Shown: positions 13,679 to 27,001 of the stretch, one piece after another | Layout: every line of letters starts with the position of its first letter | Position numbering within the stretch: position 1 is the stretch's first letter | Assembly (NCBI GenBank): GCA_003427395.1 | Contig: BFEA01000004.1 | Span: 7,243,260 to 7,307,259, forward strand | Direction of reading: 5' to 3' | DNA: 64,000 nt | Source: Chara braunii | Taxonomy: Eukaryota; Plantae; Charophyceae | Program-made: the position numbers and the translations under genes | Notes under the pieces: model-generated | The model's input: the letters and a program-made list of their open reading frames with translations, nothing else | Told to the model about the DNA's origin: nothing | The model's database searches: none

Positions 13679-14938
13679 AGTGGTACATTGCGCTAATCTG
13701 GCGCTTGTCTTCTGCCTATGCGGTACATGCATGCGGTCTGCTGGGTGAGCGACTGTAGAGAGTGTGTAGTGAGGAGGGCGAAGGCAAGCAGGCGACCCAG
13801 GTGGAGAGGGGATTGCCAGGAAGGCTACGTGGTAATTATTGGTTGTTTCGCAGTATAATGAGAACTATCTGATGTGCGATTGATGCTGAGGTGGAACGGC
13901 GGTGTAATGCTGGTTGTGCCGAAGCAGCGATTGGTCATCACAATCATCAGGTCATCTGGTGAGAATATCTGTGGTTGGGGCCAGCTATATTGAGGTACGT
14001 TGCTCTTAGCCTTATCTACCCTCTTCAACGCTTCTTACCGTGAGGATGTGTGTTCTGTCTTGAGAGGCCTCCCATGTGAGGAGTCGAGTGCGCTCAACCT
14101 TGAGAGTCGGCGTTGTTCACGTGGAGCATCTGGAAGGAGAGGGCGGAGCTATCTGAAGGGCCCTGGACGAAGCACTGGGTCACGGTCACCATGCCAACCC
14201 ACCGGGAGTAGAGCACGCATGCTTTGCTGCTTTGTCCTTTGTCTGCTCGCTGCGCTGATAGATGGGTGATGAGGGGCAGGCCAGCCCTACAGGGGAGACG
14301 AGAACCGTGCGTCTATAAATAAGCATCGGCGGGGTTACCTTCCACTGGCTGTGATCGTCGTCCTGTCTGCGACGTTAAATAATTCCTGAGGACTTCGGGG
14401 GCCGTCTTTAAACGCCTCTTGATCAACCAGTTGGTCGGTGTAAGGCTCGCTGCACGCAAGGGTAAACATTGTGCAAGGCTGGTCAGCTCAGCATACACTC
14501 GGGGCACAGGGGTCGGCCGTGTGCACACCTTTAGACATGCACGCTATCTGGATCGCTTAGGAACGCTGACGTCAAAGTGACATTTAGGAAGAACTGAGGA
14601 AGGGGTAGATTCCAGGTCATAAGTTCGGGACAAATTCCATTATGTCAACAGCCCAACAAATGCTTCTATTTTTATTTTGATTAGTTAGATGTTACAGCCA
14701 TTGATAACTGACAGACAGCATAGGTAGAACAGTTTCTCCTGATCTGCTTTCTGTTTGCGGACTAGTCAAGTAAAAATAGATTCGTGTGTAGGAATCTAGA
14801 CTTACCTGTTGGACCCAAATGTATAGACTCTGACATAGCCACCAATTATTTATTTAATTATTTTAAATTGGTCTGTGCATTACGTTGTGGTAGGCATTGA
14901 ATGTGACCTAGTGCAGATTGTGTGCAGTTCTGTAGCTT

Positions 14939-16824
14939 ATGAGTGACAGGGAGAAAACTAGAGAGGACGATAGGATCCTCCGATCAGCAAGGCGCCCGAT
15001 AGCTCATTTGGCATTAGGACCAGAGGGCGACAGATTCCTGTTCCGCCAGCAGAGGGAGAGACGGCAGAAGCAGCGTAGGGCTAGGGCCGCAGAGGCAAGC
15101 AAGGCATTCGCAAGTGAGGCAGCTACCTCAGCAGCCATGGCCACTGCTGCGCAGCAGAGCTCCCAGGCCAGTAGTTCAGGAACTGTAGAGGTGACCACTT
15201 CGCAGACCCTGAGTCAGTCCACTGGCGTTATGGCAAGCCAGCCGTTAGTTTTGACTCCCGAGGAGATCGCCATACAGCGAGCAGATGTTCAGGAGGCACA
15301 ACTACAAAAGGCGCTAGGAGAGATCAAGGCAGAGAAGGAGAGAATGCCCAGACGAAAGTCAAGGATGCAGCGGAGACAAGCGGACCTTAGAGAGTTAGAG
15401 GAGATGGACCTGACTCATACGGATGACGATGTGAAGGTCGCAAGAACCGCCCTGCTAGATGTAATAGAGATGCAGGACTATCACACGACACTTTTACAGG
15501 ACATTCAGCAGAGCCTGGCCGTGCTGGCTGGGAGAGTTCAGGTAGCACCATCACCATCAGGGCCTGGTGCCTGGACGGTGGGACAACCTCCTCCTTTCGT
15601 CCCACCGGTGACTAGAGTATCCCCATATGTAGTCGCTCCAGCATCGGTCCAGACCGCTTCCCTAGGTATGCCTTTGACATGCGGGTTCTCTGCAGGTCCT
15701 AGTGTACAGATCCCTGTACAGACAGTGTATTCCCAACCTCTGCCGTAACTGGGCAGCCTGCTGTCTCGCAGCCAGCACAACCGCAGGGCACACAGCCCCA
15801 ACAGCAGCTAGTGCAGCAGCCTGCACCCCAGGGTCCACAGCCTGGAGTGGTGCAGGTACCGAGACAAAGCCAGTGGGTTCCAAAGACAGCCATCACCTCC
15901 CCTAAACCCTTCTCAGGGGATAAGAGGGGCGAAGACCTTGACACATGGTTGAGGTCAGTGCCAGTCTACGTCAAGTGTAAGTTAACCTTGCCGCACGAGG
16001 AAGTGCTTGTGGCTGCCTCCTACCTGGAGGGGAGTGCAGCAAGATGGTTAAGTGGGCTAGTGCAACTACAGGGTTACGGACATAACTTCCGCGCTTGGTC
16101 AGTCAACCAGAAACTGGAGGACTTCCTTAAGCTGGTGGAGGAAATGTGGCATGATCCTCAGGAGGCCCAAAAGGCCACTCATGCGATCCCGACCTTGAGC
16201 AATAGACCATTAAAGTCAGTAAGGGATCCCACAAACACAGTGGAGCGTCTGATCTGTGTACCTGGAGTGCGTTACGACCCCCAAGTCTTACTAACCACTT
16301 ACCTGAGGTGTCTTCCCATGCCACTCAAGAATCAGTTGGCGGGTGAGGCTAACATCAATGTGCACAACTTTCCCTCGTTTAGCAAGAAGGCCCTAGACCT
16401 GGAAGCAAAGATAGGGCATGGACATCAACCCACGACGGATGGTAGGAAGAAAGCACTGCCTCCCAACTGGAAGGCGAAGGGTCGCATAATGTTCGTCGAC
16501 AACGATGGTTCCACCATCGAGTTGGACGACGACTTCCAAGAAGGAGTAGGTTCAGAGGCAGGCAGCGTAGAGGCTTCAAGGGGTGGAGCAGTCGCTGCCT
16601 CTGTCCAGAAAGGTACGGCGACCGGTCGACGCCGTGGAGGCTCCCGGTCTAGGAGTCAAGTTGACCCCAACGCTCCTCCATGGGAGAAAGCGGGTCTTAG
16701 TGAGGACGTGTGGAGAGACCGGTACACCCGGCAGGCTTGTATTCGTTGTGGCCAATATGGCCATAATCAGTTCAAGTGCCGTAACAAAAAGGTGACCGAA
16801 AAGATCCCGCCTACAATGGGGTAG
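14939..16824 (+). pseudogene. gag (frameshift near 15745)
   Basis: PKPFSGDKRGEDLDTWL...YLEGSAARW capsid-like region and CIRCGQYGHNQFKC zinc knuckle. Confidence 0.9.
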
Positions 16825-16907
16825 GCGTCGGGATCCTCCGCTTCCACAGGTAGCAATGTTGCCACTGGTTCTGGAGCTGCTCCGGGAGACACGTCGGGCC
16901 AGTAGGA

Positions 16908-19900
16908 ATGGTAGTTGTTTCTGTTAGGGTCGAGGTGGTGGACACACCCTCTCCATCTCGAGAGATGGCCCAAGCTACTGACTCCAGTACCGTCCCGCAA
17001 ACACATTCGGACCCAACGATCCTTTGTTCGTTGAATGTGTTTGAGTCCTTAGAGGAGCTAGAGGAGGAGTGGTCTAGATCAGACCCACTAGCTTCTTGGA
17101 CGGCTATGGCCAAAGCTCCTAAAGGTGAGTTGTTCGTCGGCGAGGTAGTCATCGGCCGCCGCAAGGCCGGGGCCTATTATGACACTTGCTTGACGCGAAA
17201 CTTTATCAGTCGCATGTGCGTTGAGAGGCTGCGCTTACAGGGGCAAGTGCAGCGCCTAAGTCGACCTGTGAAGTCGATCTGTGCCAACAAACATCGCATG
17301 GTAGTCACTGACTACCTTAAAGACATAGAGTGTCTATTCCCGTACGTGGGAGGGGAACTGAGACATTGTGTCTCGTTCCTAGTCAGCGATGATCGGGAAT
17401 GGACATCCTATTGAGTATGTACTATCTTTCGGTTGCATAGCGCCAGTTTGACTAGGACCGAAAAGTGGTCAAACACACTTTGGCCGGAGGGGGGACTGCC
17501 AGATTACGTAAGTTTAAGGCTAGTAGTCTGATTGAATCCTATGGATGCATGTGGGCGGCCGCGTTCTATAATTATTATAAGCAAAATTCGGAGGAGGGTA
17601 TGTACCTAGTTTATGTCTCTGCATCAGGCGAGCCGGTAAAAATGCCGCCGGAGATAGAGGGAGTAGTCGCCAAATACCCTGATCTATTTGAAGAGCCGAA
17701 AGGGGTTGTTGAGAGGGAGGTTGTCCACGCGATAGAGATTATCCCAGGGTCTAGCATTCCGAAGGGTAGGATCTATCGGATGTCTCCAGCGGAGCTTGAC
17801 GAGCTTCGCCGACAACTTAAGGAACTCATAGAGAAGGGTTGGATCCGGCCGAGCGTTTCCCCTTATGGATCCCCGGTCCTATTCGTACCGAAGAAGAGGG
17901 GAAGCTTGAGGATGTGCATTGACTATAGGGGCCTCAATGCCATCATTGTTAAGAACAGAGAGCCCCTACCGCGCATCGATGACTTGCTAGACTGAGTGCA
18001 AGGGTGTCGGTACTAAAGTAAGATAGATAGGAAGTCCGGGTACCATCAGATTGCAATACGGCCTGAGGATCAACACAAAACCGTTTTTTAGACCAGGTAC
18101 GGTCTGTACAAGTTTGTGGTGATGCCGTTTGGCCTTTGCAATGCTCCTGGCACCTTTGAGCACGCCATGAACCGGATCTTTCATGACTACTTGGACAAGT
18201 TTGTCATCGTGTACCTCGATGGCATACTTATCTTCAGTAGGACTGTCGAGGAGCATGTTGGCCATTTAAATAAAGTCCTTAGTCTCCTTCGGCAGCACCA
18301 ATTCAAGATCAACGGGGAGAAGTGCAAGTTCGGCCGCACCCGGATCTTGTATCTGGGTCATGAGATTTCCACGGAGGGATTAAAGCCCGATGACGCGAAG
18401 GTGGCCAGCACTCGTGACTGGCCGCGTCCTCAGTCTGTGACTGAGATGAGGTCCTTCTTAGGGATGACCGGTTACTACCGCAATTTTGTTAAGAACTATA
18501 GCATAGTAGCTGCCCCTTTGACAGACTTGACACCCCTTAACACCCCATGGGAGTGGACGAACAGGTGTGAGGCTGCCTTCAGACATCTGAAGCATGCTTT
18601 GACACACCATGAGGTTTTGAAACTTCCTGATTCTGACAAGCCGTTTCTGGTAACCACGAACGCCAGTCAATATGGCATAGGCGCCGTGCTCGCGCAGCAG
18701 GAGGGGCCAAAGTTAAGGCCTGTGGAGTACATGTCCAAAAAGATGCCCTCTCAGAAGTTGGCTAAGTCCACCTATGAGAAGGAGCTCTATGTGATCTATA
18801 CAGCGCTAACCCACTAGAGGCACTACCTCCTTGGGAGGTTCTTCTACGCCAGGACTGATCATCAGACCCTAAAGTGGATGAGAACCCAACCAGTGCTCTC
18901 TGATGCGTTGAAACGATGGATCGAAGTCATTGAGCACTATGACTTCGAACCTCAGTACATCAAACGAGAGTACAACAAAGTTGCTGATGCGCTGTCGCGT
19001 AGGCCAAACTTCCTTGGTGCGCTGATTACTGAGTTTGGGTTTGCGGACAATGTTACTCGTTCTTTGGTGGAAGCGTATCGCGAGGACCTGTTTATGGCTG
19101 AGATCATACGCAGACTCGAGGTGAAGGACAAAGTGACTTCTGTCGAGTTTGAGTTGGTCAACGACCTGCTTTTCCCTGAGAAGGCTGGGAATAAACGCTT
19201 GTGGGTGCCTAATCGGAAGTCTTTGCGCAATTTATTTTTAGGTGAGTGTCACGACGCCACAAGACATTTTGGCTATAAAAATACTGCAGCAGTTCTGGTG
19301 GCTCACAATGATGAGAGACGCCAAGCTGTACGTGGAGACTTGTCAGGTTTGTCAGAGGGATAAGCCACGTACACAGGCTCCTCTTGGGCTTCTCAAGCCC
19401 CTTCTGATACCGGAAAGGCCCAGTGAGAGTTTGTCCATGGATTTCATGGACACGCTGGTCACCAGCAAGAGTGGGATGCGATATGTCTACGTCATTGTGG
19501 ATAGGTTTAGTAAGTATGCGAGGTTAGTAGCAATGCCTGCAACAGCCAAAACCGAGTACGTGATCAAGCTATTTAAAGGAAACTGGGTCAGAGACTTCGC
19601 CTTGCCAAAGTCTATAATTAGTGATCGGGATGTGCGATTTACCAGCGAGTTGTGGAAGGCCACAGTTGCAGAACAAGGGACACAGCTGCAGATCACGTCT
19701 GGCAATCACCTAGAGGCAAATGGGCAAGCAGAGCAGCTGAATCGCGTTGTTCAACACCTGCTGAGGCATTGCATCAAGCCCAATCAGGTGGACTGAGATG
19801 AGAAACTTGCTCTCATCGCCAGCCTGTACAACAATGTTGTGCATAGCGCAACAGGGGTAAGTCCTAACAGCCTGCTACTGGCGTTCAAGCCTAGACTGCC

Positions 19901-20553
19901 TCTAGACTTCCTACTACCTGAGAATCAGTCGACAGCTGCACCTGGTACATTAGAATTTGCATATCGATATGAACAATTAATGCAGCAAGCGGAGAACAGA
20001 TGCACAGGGCGCAGGCGGCAATGATAGAATCAAAGAACAAGCATCGCCACCCATCTACATTCCAGGTAGGGGACAGAGTCTAGGTCAAGTCCTCAGAACT
20101 CAGACAAGAGCACGGGATATCCCGCAAGCTCATGCCACAGTACTTTGGACCCTGGGAGATTCTAGATATCATCGGGGATGATCAGGATGGGCCATCATAT
20201 GTAGTTCAGATCCCTGGTCACCTTCACACTTACCCTGTCTTTCAGGCCTCCAAGCTTGCACGTTTCGGGGAAACTGATCAGTTTCCCTCGCGATGCTCAA
20301 CGCTGCCCCCAACCATGGATGGAGAGGTCAACATCGACGACATCGTGAGGATCACAGGGAAATGCCAGTTCCAAGACCTACAGGCAGGGGACATCCTCCG
20401 AATCTGAAGCAGCAGTATCGCATTCGGTTCAGACATCACACTGATCCTAAGGAGGATAGATGGTTTACACGGGAGGAACTGATGCAGACCTCTCCACAGG
20501 TTGTCGCCCACTACGAGAAGTTGCTGCAGAAAGGAAAGCGCCAGATTGAATGA
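16908..20553 (+). pseudogene. pol: protease, RT, RNase H, integrase, chromodomain; multiple stops and frameshifts
   Basis: [37 protein letters not shown] (D-to-G), ASQYGIGAVL, SLSMDF, IISDRDVRF, NGQAE, YRIRFR..DRWFTREEL. Confidence 0.93.
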
Positions 20554-20571
20554 ACTTCTCAGAGGACTAGC

Positions 20572-20590
20572 GAAGTATGGAGGAGGGAAA
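20572..20590 (+). promoter_or_regulatory. Polypurine tract
   Basis: GAAGTATGGAGGAGGGAAA immediately before the 3' LTR. Confidence 0.8.
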
Positions 20591-21480
20591 GCGAGGCGCA
20601 AGGCCTCGGTAAGCCCTACTGGGCCCTTTTTGCAACAGCGTCGGCCGCCCTAAGTGAAGGCAGGCTCGACACACGACAAGAGGCCTATTTTGGACTACCA
20701 CGCAACTGGGAAAATTCAGGCAGTTGTGCAGCGTCAGTTGGTTGANNNNNNNNNNNNNNNNNNNNNNNNNNNNNNNNNNNNNNNNNNNNNNNNNNNNNNN
20801 NNNNNNNNNNNNNNNNNNNNNNNNNNNNNNNNNNNNNNNNNNNNNNNNNNNNNNNNNNNNNNNNNNNNNNNNNNNNNNNNNNNNNNNNNNNNNNNNNNNN
20901 NNNNNNNNNNNNNNNNNNNNNNNNNNNNNNNNNNNNNNNNNNNNNNNNNNNNNNNNNNNNNNNNNNNNNNNNNNNNNNNNNNNNNNNNNNNNNNNNNNNN
21001 NNNNNNNNNNNNNNNNNNNNNNNNNNNNNNNNNNNNNNNNNNNNNNNNNNNNNNNNNNNNNNNNNNNNNNNNNNNNNNNNNNNNNNNNNNNNNNNNNNNN
21101 NNNNNNNNNNNNNNNNNNNNNNNNNNNNNNNNNNNNNNNNNNNNNNNNNNNNNNNNNNNNNNNNNNNNNNNNNNNNNNNNNNNNNNNNNNNNNNNNNNNN
21201 NNNNNNNNNNNNNNNNNNNNNNNNNNNNNNNNNNNNNNNNNNNNNNNNNNNNNNNNNNNNNNNNNNNNNNNNNNNNNNNNNNNNNNNNNNNNNNNNNNNN
21301 NNNNNNNNNNNNNNNGATGATGAGACTATTCGAACATTGTCAATTATGAGCTTTTGCTGTGCTCTTATTTGGTGGGAGTCGTGTTGCAATTCTGCTTTTG
21401 GTTCGAGGTCACGACTATCTGGTTTCATGTGTATGATGCTGCTTGGTTTCTGAAGTTCGCTAGCGCTCATTTTCCTTGCA
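20590..21480 (+). repeat. 3' LTR (internal N gap)
   Basis: Matches the 5' LTR, with about 6 substitutions and one 4-bp indel in the roughly 320 visible bases. Confidence 0.9.
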
Positions 21481-22029
21481 TTTTCTTTTGTTGTTTTGCT
21501 CTATTTGCTACCGGTAACCCTGAGTTACAGCATACTACGCTGAGGATTCGAACCGTAGGCTTGATGTTACTGTGTGTATCGATTTCGGGGTAGTACGCAG
21601 CATACTGAGGATTTGAATCGTAGGCTTGATGGTACTGTGTGTATCTTTTTTCAAAGTAGTACGTAGGAGCCTGGTTGCCAGCAGGGGTGTTTTGTCTGTA
21701 GTAAAGGCTAGTAGACTTACATTGAGAAACCCCGACTGTTCTCCAGTTTGACCGGAAGCAAGGACGGGGCATGCCATTTTGTCGGACGGTGTGACTATTC
21801 CTATAATTAGTATGTTAGCAAGACACTCGACCTCTTACGGTCGTCCACTCCTTTTGCGGAGGTGGACGTAGGGATTTGTGGAATGGCTCGGCGGTTCCTG
21901 GGGTTGAGGAATGTTCGGATTGCCGTAACTTTTTTGTTTTTTTGCATTTCGACACACTTTGTCTTCACTTGTCTCACTTGTGAGTGTTGGCTTGTTCGGG
22001 GCTTGCTCTACGTCTTGTCGTATGAGTCC

Positions 22030-22899
22030 TATCCATGATACAAGGAGGAGGATGAAGGAAGACAAGGACGAAGCCAAGGAGCATCAGCACAATTTCGAAG
22101 AGAACTTCCTAGCAAAGGGCAAAGTTGCACTCATCTGAGGCTCAAGTATAGTATTTAGATTATGGGAGGAAACCCCACCAAGACGCCAATCGCAAGACAC
22201 CTCAGTAAATAGTATCCCCGAGTCCCTAGAAGTCAACATGTCCCTATTAGTTTTGACTAATGGGAAAACCATAACAAGAACTGTCAAAACAGACCAGGCC
22301 TTAAGATACGACAGCACGAGGATCCACAGCCAATAAGGACAGGGACAAACCAACTAGGATGTAAGGCTCAGGATTAACACAGGTACAGGATAGACGGGAT
22401 CTAAGGTAGTAGCTAGAACAGTGTTAAACAGTTACAATATTAGAAATGACTGACAAGTAAGGGCCCAAGGCTTTTATGCCAAGTATGCAGTAACACAAGC
22501 AGGCAAGGCATAAAGGTCGGAAGATTAGGGGAAAAGGCCTAACCAACAGTTCTATAAAGTTTGGAAGATTTGACAGCCTGGGAGCTGAGAGGAACAGGAT
22601 GGTTGAGGCCCAAGGGGACAAAGTACAAAAGCCAAACTGTTATGACAAGAGTAGAAGCACAGAGCCCTAAGTTAGCTAACTTAGGCAGGGGTGAAGGGTG
22701 GTACATCCTTTCTTCGGGAAGTAATCAATGCCGTCCTTCGGGCCTCCACACCAGAAGGGGGAGGAGCGTTGAGTGAGCACTTATTGTAATCCCTTCTGAC
22801 TTGCCGGTGGAAAAGGAACCGGACTGATGCTCCCCAGAATGGAAAAGGCGCCAGAGCCCTAAGGTTTTGTTTAAAAAAAAGAACAAAAAGAAAAAAAAA
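22030..22899 (+). mobile_element. 5'-truncated LINE 3' UTR with conserved tail and A-rich end
   Basis: GACTTGCCGGTGGAAAAGGAACCGGACTGATGCTCCCCAGAAT tail followed by A-rich run; left boundary approximate. Confidence 0.7.
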
Positions 22900-23016
22900 G
22901 AGGTAGGAACAGAAGTAGAACAGCTGTAGGAACAGATAAAGGTAGGAGCAGAAGGAGGAACAGAGGTAGGAACAGAAGTACGAACAGCTGTAGGAACAGA
23001 TGTAGAAGGAGCAGAT

Positions 23017-23055
23017 GTCCTTCGGGACATCCGTTAAAATTGGAATGAGAAGATT
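23017..23055 (+). pseudogene. U6 snRNA 5' fragment (runs into N gap)
   Basis: GTCCTTCGGGACATCCGTTAAAATTGGAA..GAGAAGATT matches plant U6, with a deletion across the ACAGAGA box. Confidence 0.8.
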
Positions 23056-23224
23056 NNNNNNNNNNNNNNNNNNNNNNNNNNNNNNNNNNNNNNNNNNNNN
23101 NNNNNNNNNNCCATATTCTCTCAGCAGTTGGAAGATGTGTTGCTGGTAGGGCTGCCATCCTTTGGGAACCCCATCCCCCAAAAGCATGGTAATCTTTGAG
23201 TCTGGAAAGGCTATCGTCACTACC

Positions 23225-23262
23225 CTGTCTCTTATACACATCTAGATGTGTATAAGAGACAG
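23225..23262. other. Nextera mate-pair junction adapter (artefact)
   Basis: CTGTCTCTTATACACATCT+AGATGTGTATAAGAGACAG, the two Tn5 mosaic ends head to head. Confidence 0.98.
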
Positions 23263-25160
23263 GGGCGGGGGCCCGGGGGTCAAACCCCCACCCCGGCTCG
23301 GGCCCCGGGGATCCCCGGGTGACAACCCTGCCTGACACTCCGTACGCATCTTGCTTCTTGCAGAAGCAATAGAGGACTAAAAATGTGCTATCGCTAACCA
23401 TATCTGACATTTTCATGGTCAAGTTGTCTGTCGTCCAGTGCACACAGCTGAGTTCATGTATTCCATTTGGTCCACCCACACCGATGCATGGAATCGGAAC
23501 CAGTATCATGCATGGAACCGAACAGGTGCCGTAAATGGAATCGAAGCGGTCATCTTGTTAGTAATAACAGTCAAATGTCTTTACCGCCGCAGCTCCGTGT
23601 CCTTACCACTGCTGAAGACTGCATACCATCCTTGCCTGACCCTTGTGATTACCCTCTTTCCCGGAACATAATGCAGCCTAATCATGAATGTATACAGGCC
23701 CTTTGCCTCCGTCTAGTGCAGTCATCACGAAGGTGCATTCTTTTCCAGTCACGAGTTAGTGGCATAGTAGTCAAGTGTGGCCTACCCCTAACGTAACAAG
23801 CCAAGCTTACCTCAAGCAGAGGCTATTGCAAGATGCATACCTCATCAGGCATTTGTTCAAGGTCCCACTCACCCGTGTTCTCCATTTCTGACTGTCAATT
23901 ACGAAGACCAATGGCCAGAAANGAAGAATCCGTGCAAGTGGGTCTTTGCCCTGGAGGTTTGAGAATATTACACTATTAAACCACCATAGACCCGTGTTCT
24001 CCATTTCTGACTGTCAATTACGAAGACCAATGGCCAGAAATGAAGAATCCGTGCAAGTGGGTCTTTGCCCTGGAGGTTTGAGAATATTACACTCTTAAAC
24101 CACCATAGGGCAGTAACATAGCAAATCGATAGGGTAAGGCAACACACACGTGGTTAATTCATCATGCCATGTCATCATGAAACTAGAGTGCAATGGCAGA
24201 GCATGGCTGGGGTAGCTCAAGTGCTTGCATGCATGAGTTGCATTGGCCGCGCCCTCAGGTGCATTCATCCAAGGGACATCCAGCCCCTGTCGTGTTGAAA
24301 AACAAGAATATTGCCAGGACCAAGTATCAGTTCCTTTCTGTATGGGAAAGCCATGGCAGGATTATGAAGTAATAATGACTCCGAATAACTCTGAAATGCC
24401 TGAGGTCGTCCAATTCAACGTTGATTCTCAGGGCCATGCACAACTGAGTAACTCCCTGGGATATCTAATTGTGGGCTGTAAATTGATGGCTCAGCACCCT
24501 CGTCTACCATGCAGTAACATAGTAACCATGGTAGAGAACTCTTCATGCACGCTGATGCACCGTGCACAGAGAGGTAGGGTGTCGTTAGCCACTCCTTACA
24601 ACTTCCTCGAGGTACAAAGAAATTTTGCGGCCTCGTTCCACACGTCCTCGGGGACGACCCCCAAGGATGTTTCCTTGTGGCCTGCCAGCAGCCATTTTCA
24701 TACGATTATACACGGCCGCAGGGCGGAGTGTCCGTGGTCCGGCATCCTGTGTCCGTGTGGTGACGGCGTGGTCCAGCGGTGTATGGCGGGAAAGGACAAG
24801 GCCAGTCTTGAGCTATCCACAGGCCCCCAGGTAATTCGAGATTATTATGGAAATTATTGTGGATTATATGTCATGATCATGACTTATTGAACTTCCTTAT
24901 TGAGCTGATGTTGTGACAAGTATGTCGAGAGTTTGTAAGCCTCTGGAAGTATCGTGAAATTCAGGGTCTCAACCCTAATAGGCATCGTAATTAAGCCATG
25001 AATGCCAGCTATGGTAGTACTGACTAAGAACTCAACCTGAGAGCTCTGTTAGGATTTGTATTGGGTGTGTCCCGACCGGCCACAGCAGGACCTGAGACGC
25101 CACTTCCACTTGGCTCGGCGCTCCCACACTGCTACAGGTTACAGGGCGGCACAACTCACC

Positions 25161-25700
25161 CATCAGTCCGGTTCCTATTCCACCAGCGAGAGATGATTAC
25201 ACATTATAACACACTCAAGATGCCTCCCCCCATTCTGGTCGGCGGACGCGAGTGGGTGGCATTGATTACTTCCATTCTGGAAGGATGTACCTTCTCTCAC
25301 CCGCTTGGGTCCCCCAACCATAATGGGGGCAACTACACAGTAGTAACAGGCTAACCCATAGGGTGCTTTCTATTCGAATACAACTAAGTTAGCCGGTTAC
25401 TACTGTGTAGTTGCTCCCTGCCTCGTATCCCCACTGCCTCCCCTTAGGGTGATACTGCCCTACATTTTGGGCTGGCCGATGCTGTGCACCTCTCAGCTGC
25501 TTGCATTCTGATATGCTTGTAGACCTGGTGATCTGTGGCCCTAGATGCTTCCTCCGATTTTCCTCCGATTTCTCTAAATCCTATGCCTCTGGTGCTTCTG
25601 AGTCCCTGTGTGCTTTCCCAACTTTTTCTCTCTCTACTAGTCTCTAGCAAGTAACCTGCGGAGGAACATTCTAAAAAACTGGTTCTGGATACTTCTGCAC
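25161..25700 (-). mobile_element. LINE 3' UTR fragment, tail truncated after GGACTGATG
   Basis: Reverse complement contains GTAATCAATGC and GGTGGAATAGGAACCGGACTGATG; right boundary approximate. Confidence 0.65.
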
Positions 25701-26970
25701 CGTCAATTCATGGTTGAGTCTGCCAAAACCCTAGACCCTAAACCCTGGGTACGCCCTGGCATAAACCCGCTATCCCTGTCTGTGAGCCTGAGTTACTGGA
25801 TGGTTAGTTGTATCTCTCTAGAGATATTGGGGAGCGAGTGTGGGGGATATTGGGGGTGGGGGGTCAACCCGCTATCCCTGTCTGTGAGCCTGAGTTACTG
25901 GATGGTTAGTTGCATCTCTCTAGAGAGATTGGGGAGCGAATGTGGGGGATATTGGGGGTGGGGGGTCATTAGGAACTGGCTAATCTAGAGAGATTTGGGG
26001 GCGCTGTGGGGGGTGTATTGGGGTTGGGGTGTATCAACTGGCTAATCCAGCCGACAGACAACAATGAAAAACCGAGCGCCCATTCACCAATAGGGCAGAA
26101 GAAACAATCTCACCTGCGCTCAACGAACACCCCAGATCGCCTTGCCCACAGAAACAGANNNNNNNNNNNNNNNNNNNNNNNNNNNNNNNNNNNNNNNNNN
26201 NNNNNNNNNNNNNNNNNNNNNNNNNNNNNNNNNNNNNNNNNNNNNNNNNNNNNNNNNNNNNNNNNNNNNNNNNNNNNNNNNNNNNNNNNNNNNNNNNNNN
26301 NNNNNNNNNNNNNNNNNNNNNNNNNNNNNNNNNNNNNNNNNNNNNNNNNNNNNNNNNNNNNNNNNNNNNNNNNNNNNNNNNNNNNNNNNNNNNNNNNNNN
26401 NNNNNNNNNNNNNNNNNNNNNNNNNNNNNNNNNNNNNNNNNNNNNNNNNNNNNNNNNNNNNNNNNNNNNNNNNNNNNNNNNNNNNNNNNNNNNNNNNNNN
26501 NNNNNNNNNNNNNNNNNNNNNNNNNNNNNNNNNNNNNNNNNNNNNNNNNNNNNNNNNNNNNNNNNNNNNNNNNNNNNNNNNNNTTTTTTTTTACCTAAGC
26601 TATATTCTTCACTCATATACCTCACACTACCTAACCTCTTACCTATGTCCAGTTTTTCAGTGTCAAGTGTTGCAGTAGATCCTTCTCTATGCACACGAGC
26701 TGGAGCTGCATATGAGTCATAAGTTGGCGCTTTTTAGAGTGCAAAGATATGTTGCAGCAGAAGCACTGGACTGCCTCATCCAAATTACCTTCCCAGTGTT
26801 CCCACCCCCATGTCATGAGCCAAAGCTTTCCTCGGTTAACAGTTCAGGAGCCCCTGAGAGGTTTGTTGAACCAACTGTCATACCCAAGGGCAAACAGTCC
26901 ATTGCAGTTGACATGAACATGGAGAGCTAGGTGTGGGCCACAGAGCTTACTGCCGTGTACACTGAAGGTC

Positions 26971-27001
26971 AGGGTTTAGGGTTTAGGGGGTTTAGGGTTT
27001 A
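26971..27001 (+). repeat. Short interstitial TTTAGGG telomere-like repeat
   Basis: AGGGTTTAGGGTTTAGGGGGTTTAGGGTTTA. Confidence 0.7.

Larger units (their letters stand above)
12689..21480 (+). mobile_element. Ty3/gypsy LTR retrotransposon (chromovirus type), full-length but decayed
   Basis: Paired LTRs, PBS, PPT, and gag-PR-RT-RH-IN-chromodomain order; flanked by TTTT on both sides. Confidence 0.95.

Noticed and set aside
24243-24890. 215-aa ORF
   Set aside because: No recognisable motif; lies in the unreliable assembly interval.
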